Shown here: positions 8,784 through 16,668 of the stretch, in pieces
Position numbering within the stretch: position 1 is the first letter of the stretch
Layout: each line of letters begins with the position of its first letter
Assembly: GCA_018333715.1 (NCBI GenBank)
Contig: JAGXSW010000069.1
Span: forward strand, 1 to 36,571
DNA from: Syntrophaceae bacterium
Lineage (GTDB): Bacteria > Desulfobacterota > BSN033 > UBA1163
Reading direction: 5' to 3'
Length of the DNA stretch: 36,571 bases
Made by a program: the position numbers and the translations under genes
Notes under the pieces: model-generated
What the model was told of the DNA's origin: nothing
Databases searched by the model: none
The model's input: only the letters and a program-made list of their open reading frames with translations

Positions 8784-9490
8784 AGACACTCATCATCTAT
8801 GACGGAGATTACGGCAAACGGTTCTGGGAAAACATCAGCCGTCATGCTCCAAAACAGTGGGAGGTCCAGGGGTTCCACTATTCTAAAAAGATCCCCCGTT
8901 TTGTCGAAGAGCTTTCCGATTACCTTCCGGGGGACCTCCCCAACTGCGATCTCCTGATCTCCGTTCAGGAGCAACCGGTCCTGGCTGAAATGATCCCCCT
9001 GTTTATAAAAAAGATGGGCGCCAGGGCTGTCATCGCTCCGATTGACAGCAAGGCTTACTTGACTTCAGGTTTGGCAAGACAACTTAAGAAGAAGCTCGAA
9101 AAAGATGGGGTTGAGCTCATCCACCCGATGACCTTTTGCACATTATCGGAGAAGATGTCAAAGAATGAGCTCATTCTGGAGTTTGTCAAATACTTTGGCA
9201 AACCGGAAGTGGAAATTGAAATAGAAAACGAAAAGGTAAAAAAGGTCACGGTCATCAAGGAAGCCCCCTGCGGGAACACGAGGTATGTCGCTGAACATCT
9301 CATCGGAACCCACATCAAGGATGCGGTGGAAAAGGCCGGCATCCTCCACCATAACCATCCCTGCATGGCCGCCATGGTGATGGATGCGGAAATTGGCGAC
9401 ACCCTGATGCATCATGCGGGGTTACAGATCAAGCTGGCCGTGGATGAAGCCATCAAAAAAACAGTGATTCGTGCCTGCACGCCGAAGTGA
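8780..9490 (+). CDS. uncharacterised Cys/His-rich protein inserted between cdhA and cdhB (possibly DUF166/COG1810-like)
   Basis: ATGA start/stop overlap with cdhA. 236 aa with motifs APCGNTRY, HHNHPCMAAM and LMHHAG. The N-terminus MKTLIIYDGDYGKRF reminds me of DUF166 proteins (recollection, unverified). Confidence 0.6.
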   Translation: MKTLIIYDGDYGKRFWENISRHAPKQWEVQGFHYSKKIPRFVEELSDYLPGDLPNCDLLISVQEQPVLAEMIPLFIKKMGARAVIAPIDSKAYLTSGLARQLKKKLEKDGVELIHPMTFCTLSEKMSKNELILEFVKYFGKPEVEIEIENEKVKKVTVIKEAPCGNTRYVAEHLIGTHIKDAVEKAGILHHNHPCMAAMVMDAEIGDTLMHHAGLQIKLAVDEAIKKTVIRACTPK

Positions 9491-9587
9491 CGGCGTTCCG
9501 GCACGCAGGCGTGAATCGTGATTCGTAACATCTTCAACGATTCACCCTTCACCCTTCACAACTCACAAAAGAAATGGAGGAGAAAAA

Positions 9588-10124
9588 ATGAGCTTACCAT
9601 ACTATCACGTCAACGTATTCACAGGGATTAAGTCGTGCAAGGTGATGGAGGATCCTCAAACCCTTGCCAAGATCGCCAAAAAGGCCCAGCGACCCCTTCT
9701 TGTTCTGGGGCCTAAATGCGGCGAAGTGAATCTCGGAGGAAAACAGCTTCTTGATTATGGCATCGAGATTGCGAAAACCCTTGGCGCTGCCATCTGTGCA
9801 ACAGCAAACATCAAGAAGAAGCTCCTGGAGGCGGGGGTGACGCCTGATTCCACTTACGATGCGGTCGAGATCATCAACCATCTTAAAGACTCTGATTGGA
9901 AGGGTGTTAAAAAAGAGGGAAACCATGATTTTGTCATGTTTCTGGGAATCAGACCGGATCTGGGAAATCAGGGATTATCCACACTGAAGCATTTCGCCGG
10001 CCATCTCAAGACCGCCACCCTGTGTAAATATGTCTTTCCCAACGCCAACTTCTCCCTTCCCAATCTGAAGGATGACAAGTGGAAAGAATATCTTGACAAT
10101 ATGATCCAGGGTTTAAAATCTTAA
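9588..10124 (+). CDS. cdhB: ACDS epsilon subunit
   Basis: 178 aa. The size, the position between cdhA and cdhC, and a Rossmann-like pattern (LLVLGPK...FVMFLGI) fit CdhB. SD ggagg. Confidence 0.7.
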   Translation: MSLPYYHVNVFTGIKSCKVMEDPQTLAKIAKKAQRPLLVLGPKCGEVNLGGKQLLDYGIEIAKTLGAAICATANIKKKLLEAGVTPDSTYDAVEIINHLKDSDWKGVKKEGNHDFVMFLGIRPDLGNQGLSTLKHFAGHLKTATLCKYVFPNANFSLPNLKDDKWKEYLDNMIQGLKS

Positions 10125-10162
10125 ATCTGAAAATAAAGAAGGAATAAAGAAAGGAGGAAAAC

Positions 10163-11365
10163 ATGTTTTCTGTCGATGTGGGACCTCAGTATGAAGGGGA
10201 AACCGTAAGAAAGGAAGATTTTCAAATTGAGTTCGGAGGGCCGAAGCATAAGTTCAAAGCGGAGCTGGTGACCGTCAAACCTGCCGCTGAAGTGGAAGAC
10301 GAAAAGATCGAGATCATCGGAAAGGACATCAAGGATTTTGAAGAGGGAGCGTCCGTTCCCATCTTCATTAAGATCGCTGTAGCCGGCGAGCAGCTCGAAA
10401 AAGATATGGAGCCCGTCTTTGAGCGCCGGGTCCACATGTATGTCAATTACATCGAGGGCTTCTGGCACATGGCTCAGAGGGACGAGATCTGGATGAGAAT
10501 CCATAAAGACAGTTTTAAAAAGGGCCTCAACTCCCTGGACGAGATCGGAAGGATTCTCGCAATGCTCTATAAAAATGAGCTTTCGATCATTGAAAAGATC
10601 CAGATCACTTTTATCACCGATCCTGAAAAGGTGGAAAAAGAAGTCCTTGAGGCAAGAGAGGTCTACAAGGCAAGGGATGACCGGCTGAAGGGAATCACCG
10701 AAGAAGAAGTGGATGAGTTCTATGGATGTTCTCTCTGCCAATCCTTTGCGCCCACCCATGTCTGCGTTGTCACTCCGGAGAGGGTTTCCCTCTGCGGAGC
10801 GATCAACTGGTTTGATGGAAGGGCCGCTTATAAGATGGACCCCGAAGGACCCCAGTTTGCCATCAAGAAAGGAGACCTTCTGGACCCGGAGAAATTTATC
10901 TACTCCGGAGTCAATGCCATCGTGGCAGAGAAGTCCCTTGGCAGCAATAGTGTATTCTGCCTCCACAGCGCACTGGAAAGCCCTCACACCTCTTGCGGAT
11001 GTTTCCAGGCCATCCTTTTTTATATCCCGGAGGTGGATGCCTTTGGTGTGGTTCACCGCGACTTTATGGGCGAGACCGTCACCGGTCAAAAATTTTCAGG
11101 CATCGCTGGAGAGGCCTCCGGTGGAAGGCAGAACGAGGGAATGCTCGGCCTGGCCATCTCTTACATGAAGTCAAAGAAATTCATTAAGACCGATGGAGGG
11201 TTAAAAAGGGTCGTCTGGCTCCCAAAAGGCATTAAAGAACAGATCAAAGATGTCCTCGATGAGGCAGGCATGTATGACAAAATTGCAACGGAAGAAGATG
11301 TGAAGAATGTGGATCAATTAACAGAATACATGAATCGAGTCGGACATCCCTGGGTAACAGGTTAA
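10163..11365 (+). CDS. cdhC: acetyl-CoA synthase catalytic subunit, short archaeal type (ACDS beta)
   Basis: A-cluster motifs CSLCQSFAPTHVCVVTPERVSLCG and SCGCF. At 400 aa it lacks the N-terminal domain of bacterial AcsB. Confidence 0.9.
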   Translation: MFSVDVGPQYEGETVRKEDFQIEFGGPKHKFKAELVTVKPAAEVEDEKIEIIGKDIKDFEEGASVPIFIKIAVAGEQLEKDMEPVFERRVHMYVNYIEGFWHMAQRDEIWMRIHKDSFKKGLNSLDEIGRILAMLYKNELSIIEKIQITFITDPEKVEKEVLEAREVYKARDDRLKGITEEEVDEFYGCSLCQSFAPTHVCVVTPERVSLCGAINWFDGRAAYKMDPEGPQFAIKKGDLLDPEKFIYSGVNAIVAEKSLGSNSVFCLHSALESPHTSCGCFQAILFYIPEVDAFGVVHRDFMGETVTGQKFSGIAGEASGGRQNEGMLGLAISYMKSKKFIKTDGGLKRVVWLPKGIKEQIKDVLDEAGMYDKIATEEDVKNVDQLTEYMNRVGHPWVTG

Positions 11366-11480
11366 TGGCCAATGACCAGTTTTCAATGATCAATTAGCAA
11401 TGGTCAATGATTGGTCTGTAAGAATCGGTTATTAAAATAATCAATGGTTATTGTCAATTGACCATTGATTATTGATTATT
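11366..11480. repeat. word-rich palindromic spacer (caatg/cattg, ggtcaat/attgacc)
   Basis: Includes a 10-bp perfect stem aatcaatggt (11439-11448) / accattgatt (11461-11470). Ends at the acsC SD. Confidence 0.6.
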
Positions 11481-11495
11481 TGAGAGGAGGATCTC

Positions 11496-12866
11496 ATGGC
11501 GCTTAAGGCTTCGGATATTCAGAAAAAACTGCCGGATGGCGGCAAAAAGAATTGCAAAGAATGCGGGTTCCCCACCTGTTTTGCCTTTGCAATGAAACTG
11601 GCATCGGGCGCAGTGACTGTGGATAAGTGTCCCTATCTGCCGGGCGAGATTAGAACAGAACTCGAAGAGGCATTGGCTCCACCCATCAGGCTGGTCACCA
11701 TCGGTGTGGGGGAAAATGCCATGAGTATTGGCGAGGAAGAGGTCATCTACCGACATGAAAAAACCTTTTACAGACCTTCCGGGATCGCCATCCTCATCAC
11801 CGACAAGGAAGATGAGGGAACCATCTCCGCTAAGATCAACAAGCTAAAGACACTCCAGTTTGACCGGGTGGGTCAGAAGCTGAAAGCGAATCTCTTCGCT
11901 TTGAAGTATGCGGGAAATGCTGAGAAGTATCTGGGCCTGGTAAAGAGGGCGGCCGCAGAAGGGTTTCCCATTATTTTAATCTGTGAAGACCTGGACACCC
12001 TGTTTAAAGCAAGGGATCTGATTGCAGATAAAAATCCCCTTCTCTACCCTATCACAAAAGAGAATCTGGATGCCGCTCTTCCGAAGATCAAGGCAAAACC
12101 TACGCCCATCGGAGTGAAGACCGGCGGAATTGAAGAAATCGTTCCCATCACCAAACGGCTCAAGGAAGAAGGCATTCTGGACATCGTCCTCGATCCTTCC
12201 CCTAAATCGTTGAAAGAGATGATCAGGGACTACACCCTTATCCGGAGGGCCGCCCTCAAGAAAACATTCCGGCCTCTGGGCTACCCCATCCTTTCTCTGC
12301 CCTGTATGCTCGCGGAAAATAAGATGGAGGAAATCCTTCTGGCATCGGCAGGAGTGATCAAGTATGCAGGCATCGTCGTCCTCTCCGATTTTGAAAAAGA
12401 GATGCTCTATCCTCTCCTTGTCTTAAGGCAAAACATCTTTACCGATCCGAGGGTTCCCCTTGCGGTGGAGCAGAAAATTTATGAAATCGGAACGGTCTCT
12501 ACCGAATCACCGGTGCTTCTGACGACCAATTTTGCGTTGACCTATTTTGCAGTGGCCAGTGAAATCGAAAATAGTAAAATTCCTGCCTATCTCTGCGTAA
12601 AAGATACGGAAGGTTTATGTGTGCTTGCAGCCTGGTCAACGGGAAAGTTTAGCGGAGACACGGCCGGGCCATTTCTCAAGAAAATAGGAGTCGGAGATAA
12701 AGTTAAGAATAAGAGGGTCATCATCCCTGGATTTGCCGCAAGGATCAAGGGAGAACTTGAAGAGGAATTACAGGGCTGGGAAGTGATTGTGGGTCCCCGT
12801 GAGGCAAGCGATCTGCCCGCCTTTCTTCCCCAGATGATTGAAAAATGGAAGAGTCAGAGCAAATAG
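11496..12866 (+). CDS. acsC: corrinoid Fe-S protein large subunit (ACDS gamma)
   Basis: N-terminal [4Fe-4S] motif CKECGFPTCFAFAMKLASG...DKCP. 456 aa. SD gaggagg. Confidence 0.9.
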   Translation: MALKASDIQKKLPDGGKKNCKECGFPTCFAFAMKLASGAVTVDKCPYLPGEIRTELEEALAPPIRLVTIGVGENAMSIGEEEVIYRHEKTFYRPSGIAILITDKEDEGTISAKINKLKTLQFDRVGQKLKANLFALKYAGNAEKYLGLVKRAAAEGFPIILICEDLDTLFKARDLIADKNPLLYPITKENLDAALPKIKAKPTPIGVKTGGIEEIVPITKRLKEEGILDIVLDPSPKSLKEMIRDYTLIRRAALKKTFRPLGYPILSLPCMLAENKMEEILLASAGVIKYAGIVVLSDFEKEMLYPLLVLRQNIFTDPRVPLAVEQKIYEIGTVSTESPVLLTTNFALTYFAVASEIENSKIPAYLCVKDTEGLCVLAAWSTGKFSGDTAGPFLKKIGVGDKVKNKRVIIPGFAARIKGELEEELQGWEVIVGPREASDLPAFLPQMIEKWKSQSK

Positions 12867-13315
12867 AGGAGATCTTCAGGAGGTTCCATCCGGAGAGAGA
12901 AAATTTACTCCTTCTGCTGCAAGAGATTCAGGAGAAAGTGGGCTACCTCTCAAGGGGGGCGATGGAGAGCGTAGCTCATTTTTTCCATCTCCCTCCTTCT
13001 GAAATTTTTAGCATTGTCACCTTCTACAATCAGTTCAGAAGAAAGCCCCCTGGCCGCGACCCCGTCCATGTCTGTCTGGGGACCGCCTGCTACCTCCTGG
13101 GGGGGAACTTAATCCTCGATGCCTTCTCAAGGGAACTCCATATCGAAAAGGGGGATACGACAGAGGATGGAAATTTCAGCCTCGATGCCACAGCCTGTTT
13201 TGGGTGCTGTAATGTCGCCCCTGTGGTCAAGATCAACAGCCAGATCTACCCTAAAATGACTCCGGGAAAGGTGGAGGAAGTCATCATCAACCTTCGGGAC
13301 AAGGATAAAAACTAA
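12845..13315 (+). CDS. NuoE/HydC-like thioredoxin-fold [2Fe-2S] protein
   Basis: CLGTAC...CFGCCNVAP motif. 156 aa. Overlaps the acsC 3' end by 22 nt. Confidence 0.85.
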   Translation: MEESEQIEEIFRRFHPERENLLLLLQEIQEKVGYLSRGAMESVAHFFHLPPSEIFSIVTFYNQFRRKPPGRDPVHVCLGTACYLLGGNLILDAFSRELHIEKGDTTEDGNFSLDATACFGCCNVAPVVKINSQIYPKMTPGKVEEVIINLRDKDKN

Positions 13316-13361
13316 GCAAGGTTAATGGGTTAGGGTTATGAAGCCCGTTTCGCATATTATT

Positions 13362-13454
13362 GGTCTTATAGTCTTATGGTCGTATAGTCGTATAGTTTAG
13401 AACAAAAAGGTTAATTGACTATTAGACTATCTGACTATAAGACTAACTGACTTA
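13362..13454. repeat. beaded hairpin of the TAGTC/GACTA family
   Basis: Left-arm words (ggtc, atagtc, atggtc, atagtc, atagtt) at 13362-13397 with period 8. Right-arm words (gactat x3, gactaa, gactta) at 13417-13454 with period 8. Ends 2 nt before ATG 13457. Confidence 0.8.
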
Positions 13455-13456
13455 AG

Positions 13457-15340
13457 ATGACCTATTCACAAATCAGAGATCAGGCAATGGAATTCCGCCG
13501 GGAGAAAATGGCCGGCGGGACGCCCAAGATCTTTATCGGGTGCGCCACCTGTGGGGTATCGGTCGGCGCGCTTGAGGTGGCGGAGGCATTTGAAAAAGAG
13601 CTCATCAAACATAACCTCCAGGGAGAGATTATCAAACTGGGATGCCTGGGAATTTGTTTTGCCGAGCCCCTCGTCTATATCACGAAGCAAGGCAACCCCA
13701 CGATCTGCTATAAAAATCTGAAACCGGAAGACGCTTTTAGGATTGTTTACAACTACCTGATTGAAGATGATCCCTGTTTCGATCTGGCCATTGGGACCCT
13801 GGAGATAAAAGAAGGGGGTATTCCCTATATCCCGGAACTTGAAAGATTTGAAAAGGAGGAAAGAATCATCCTCCGGTATGCGGGACTAATCGACCCTGAA
13901 GAGATCAGGGATTATATCGCCCTGGGCGGCTATGAAGCGCTGGACAAAGCCCTATCCATGGGAAAAGAAGAGATCATCGGCGAGGTGAAGCGATCAGGGT
14001 TGAGGGGACTGGGAGGCGCCGGCTTTTCTGCAGGGATGAAATGGGAGGAATGTCTCAAGGCAAAGGAACATCCCAAATATATTGTGTGCAATGGAGATGA
14101 AGGCGATCCAGGCGCCTTCATGGACCGGGTCGTTCTTGAGAGCTCTCCTCACCAGGTCATCGAAGGAATGGCCATTGCTGGCTATTCACTCGACGCCCAC
14201 CAGGGCTACATCTACATCCGTTCAGAATATCCTCTTGCCATCCAAAAGGTCAATCATGCCTTAATGCAGGCCAGGGAGCATCGTCTGCTTGGGAAAGATA
14301 TTTTAGGAAAAGGGTTTGACTTCGACATAAAGGTTTATCCTGGAGCAGGAGCCTTTGTATGCGGTGAGTCCACCGCCCTGATGTATTCGATCGAGGGAAG
14401 AAGGCCCATGCCAAGGGTCAGACCGCCTCATTCTGTTGAGAAGGGCCTCTTTCGTAAACCCACTCTCTTAAATAATGTCAAAACCTTCTCCTGTATCCCC
14501 CCTATCCTGCTGAAGGGGGCGGAGTGGTTTTCAAAAATTGGGACCCTCCATTCGAAAGGGACCACCGTCTTCGCCCTGGCAGGAAAGATCAAGGAATCGG
14601 GTCTGGCTGAGGTGAGGATGGGAACCACCTTAAAAGAGGTCATTTATCAGATCGGAGGAGGGATTAAAGAGGATAAAAGGCTGAAGGCGATCCAGGTGGG
14701 AGGGCCTTCAGGCGGATGTATTCCCGCTCAATATATCGATACGCCGGTTGACTTCGACTCCTTAAAATTTCTTGGTTCGATGATGGGCTCCGGCGGACTG
14801 ATCGCAATGGATGATGAGACCTGCATGGTCGATATGGCCAAATACTTTCTCACTTTCATGCAGAGCGAGAGCTGCGGAAAGTGCACCTTCTGCCGGATAG
14901 GAACCAAGCATCTTCTTCTCCTGTTAGAGGAGATCACAAAGGGGGAAGGGACCCTGGATCATCTCCGCCTTCTCAAAGAACTTTCAGAGGAGATCGTTGA
15001 AGGCTCTCTGTGCGGCCTGGGGCAAACCGCTCCAAATCCCATCCTCACCACCCTGAGGTATTTCGAGAGCGAGTATATTGCCCATGTCGTTGAAAAGAGA
15101 TGTTCGGCTCTGGTCTGCCGCGATCTGATCTCCTATCTGATCGTTTATGATAAGTGCTGGAGAAGCTGTGAACACTGCGTCCTCAAGTGTCCGGCAGAGG
15201 CTATTCATCCGGATGAGAAGAACATCAAGATCATCGACCAAACCAAATGTGTGAAGTGCGGGATCTGTCTGGAGGTCTGCCCCAGGGAATATAATGCTGT
15301 GATCAAGGTCTCACCAAAGATAGGTGTAGCTCAGGATTAA
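13457..15340 (+). CDS. NuoF/HydB-like NADH- and FMN-binding Fe-S flavoprotein
   Basis: N-terminal thioredoxin-like 2Fe-2S domain, RGLGGAGFSAG, CNGDEGDPGAF, ESCGKCTFCR, and C-terminal ferredoxin motifs CWRSCEHCVLKCP / CVKCGICLEVCP. Confidence 0.9.
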   Translation: MTYSQIRDQAMEFRREKMAGGTPKIFIGCATCGVSVGALEVAEAFEKELIKHNLQGEIIKLGCLGICFAEPLVYITKQGNPTICYKNLKPEDAFRIVYNYLIEDDPCFDLAIGTLEIKEGGIPYIPELERFEKEERIILRYAGLIDPEEIRDYIALGGYEALDKALSMGKEEIIGEVKRSGLRGLGGAGFSAGMKWEECLKAKEHPKYIVCNGDEGDPGAFMDRVVLESSPHQVIEGMAIAGYSLDAHQGYIYIRSEYPLAIQKVNHALMQAREHRLLGKDILGKGFDFDIKVYPGAGAFVCGESTALMYSIEGRRPMPRVRPPHSVEKGLFRKPTLLNNVKTFSCIPPILLKGAEWFSKIGTLHSKGTTVFALAGKIKESGLAEVRMGTTLKEVIYQIGGGIKEDKRLKAIQVGGPSGGCIPAQYIDTPVDFDSLKFLGSMMGSGGLIAMDDETCMVDMAKYFLTFMQSESCGKCTFCRIGTKHLLLLLEEITKGEGTLDHLRLLKELSEEIVEGSLCGLGQTAPNPILTTLRYFESEYIAHVVEKRCSALVCRDLISYLIVYDKCWRSCEHCVLKCPAEAIHPDEKNIKIIDQTKCVKCGICLEVCPREYNAVIKVSPKIGVAQD

Positions 15341-15346
15341 AAGAAA

Positions 15347-15410
15347 TGTAGCGTCGGCATTTATTGCCGACGAAAAGGATCATTCGCCCTCAATAAATGA
15401 GGGCGCTACA
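15347..15410. repeat. modular two-hairpin REP-like unit (outer stem tgtagcg/cgctaca)
   Basis: Inner hairpins are tcggca-tttat-tgccga and gccctca-ataaa-tgagggc. The reverse complement shares its first 27 nt with the copy at 25554-25610. Confidence 0.8.
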
Positions 15411-15413
15411 CTA

Positions 15414-15486
15414 CTTATCGTCGTATAGTCAGATAGTCTTTTAGTCAATGACTATAAGACTACGAGACTATAAGACGATATGACTA
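15414..15486. repeat. beaded hairpin of the TAGTC/GACTA family
   Basis: Left words atcgtc, atagtc, atagtc, ttagtc (period 8), 3-nt loop aat, right words gactat, gactac, gactat, gacgat, gacta (period 8). The variant pair atCgtc/gacGat is compensatory. Confidence 0.85.
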
Positions 15487-15498
15487 AAAGGAAACAAC

Positions 15499-16245
15499 AT
15501 GCCATCCATAATCATTGATGGTAAAGAAATAACAGCAGATCCCGGAGAGAAGATCCTCTGGGCCGCTCTCCGTTCGGGGATCTACATCCCCAATCTCTGC
15601 GCCACCGAAGGCGCTGAACTGCCATTCGGAGGATGCCGTTTGTGCATTGTCGAAGTGGAAGTCGGAGGCCGCAGGGAGATGCTCACCGCCTGTTCGGAAA
15701 CAGTCCGTGAGCGGATGAAAGTCTACGTCCATACGGAAAAGATAGCGAGGATGAGACGCACAGCGTTTGAACTCATCATGAGCGACCATCACATCGACTG
15801 CAAAAATTGTGCGAAGGGGAAAACCTGCGAGCTGATCAGGATTTCCTCCACTTTGAAGTGGAGCCTCCGGCCCAAAACCCTGAGGGGCCTTGTCCGTGAT
15901 CTTCCCGTTGACGATTCCCATCCTCTCTTCGCTTATGATCCGAAAAAGTGTGTGAAATGCGGAAAATGTGTTTTCGTGTGCCAGGGTCTCGGGAAATCCT
16001 TTCTCGATTTTGCCTATAGAGGGTTTGAGATGGTTGTCACGACGTTTGATCATCTTCCCCTCTCTTCCCTGGGATGCAAATCCTGCCTGGAGTGTGTGAG
16101 GGTCTGTCCCACGGGCGCTCTCTATCTTAAAGAGACCTCTAAAAACGTCATTCCGGCGAAAGCCGGAATCCAGCAACTTCTGACATCACCGGACCTCTGC
16201 TCTGGAGGTTCCCTTAAAGAGACCGGAGGCCTGGGAGATGGATAG
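15499..16245 (+). CDS. NuoG/HydA N-terminal-like Fe-S protein (2Fe-2S, His-ligated 4Fe-4S, 2x 4Fe-4S), no catalytic domain
   Basis: CATEG...CRLCIVEV...ACSE, HHIDCKNCAKGKTC, CVKCGKCVFVC, CKSCLECVRVCPTG. Only 248 aa. The last ~30 aa are encoded by a REP-like hairpin region. Confidence 0.8.
   Translation: MPSIIIDGKEITADPGEKILWAALRSGIYIPNLCATEGAELPFGGCRLCIVEVEVGGRREMLTACSETVRERMKVYVHTEKIARMRRTAFELIMSDHHIDCKNCAKGKTCELIRISSTLKWSLRPKTLRGLVRDLPVDDSHPLFAYDPKKCVKCGKCVFVCQGLGKSFLDFAYRGFEMVVTTFDHLPLSSLGCKSCLECVRVCPTGALYLKETSKNVIPAKAGIQQLLTSPDLCSGGSLKETGGLGDG
16150..16169. repeat. REP-like hairpin attccggc-gaaa-gccggaat inside the 3' end of the NuoG-like CDS
   Basis: Perfect 8-bp stem with a GAAA loop. 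The same stem (ttccggc/gccggaa) recurs at 31631-31670. Confidence 0.8.
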
Positions 16246-16642
16246 AGAGTTTTTAACCCTGAAGGAGATTGAAGGGGTGGTGGTTCATGATCTCTATCTC
16301 AAAAAAGAAGTGGCCAGGAGATCCGAGGCTTTTGAATATCTCGACGATGTGGAAAAGATGACGGATTACGTTGGCGGAGAGGTTGTGGTCTCCCCTCCTA
16401 TCCGGTGTGATTGGATGATGAAGAAGGTATTCTATCCGGGAGTGGAAGCTTATTTTCTCTATAACCGTAAAGACGAAGAGTTTCCTCCCTCCATGCAGGT
16501 CCTCTTTTCTGGAGGGAAGGCGAGGGAGTTAAAAGGGGATGACCTATCTGTTCTGGCCATCGCCACGATCAATCACATGATTCATTACATCAGGCTTTCC
16601 AATCCTGACAGGTCACTGCCGGAGATCTGCTCTGTGGTTTAG
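16238..16642 (+). CDS. small protein, DUF3786-like C-terminal core (tentative)
   Basis: NRKDEEFPPSMQVLFSGGKARELKGDDLSVLA resembles the DEEFP...LFD...EDL.VL core of DUF3786 proteins that accompany corrinoid/WL genes (recall). Overlaps the upstream gene by 8 nt. Confidence 0.5.
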   Translation: MDREFLTLKEIEGVVVHDLYLKKEVARRSEAFEYLDDVEKMTDYVGGEVVVSPPIRCDWMMKKVFYPGVEAYFLYNRKDEEFPPSMQVLFSGGKARELKGDDLSVLAIATINHMIHYIRLSNPDRSLPEICSVV

Positions 16643-16668
16643 TGACATTTTAAATAGGGAGTGAAAAA

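Noticed and set aside
10121-11089. 322-aa minus-strand ORF
   Set aside because: It is fully antisense to the confidently identified cdhC. The protein has no recognisable motifs, so it is a typical shadow ORF.
15484-16176. 230-aa minus-strand ORF
   Set aside because: It is antisense to the NuoG-like gene. Its N-terminus (MLDSGFRRNDV) is the translation of the REP hairpin.
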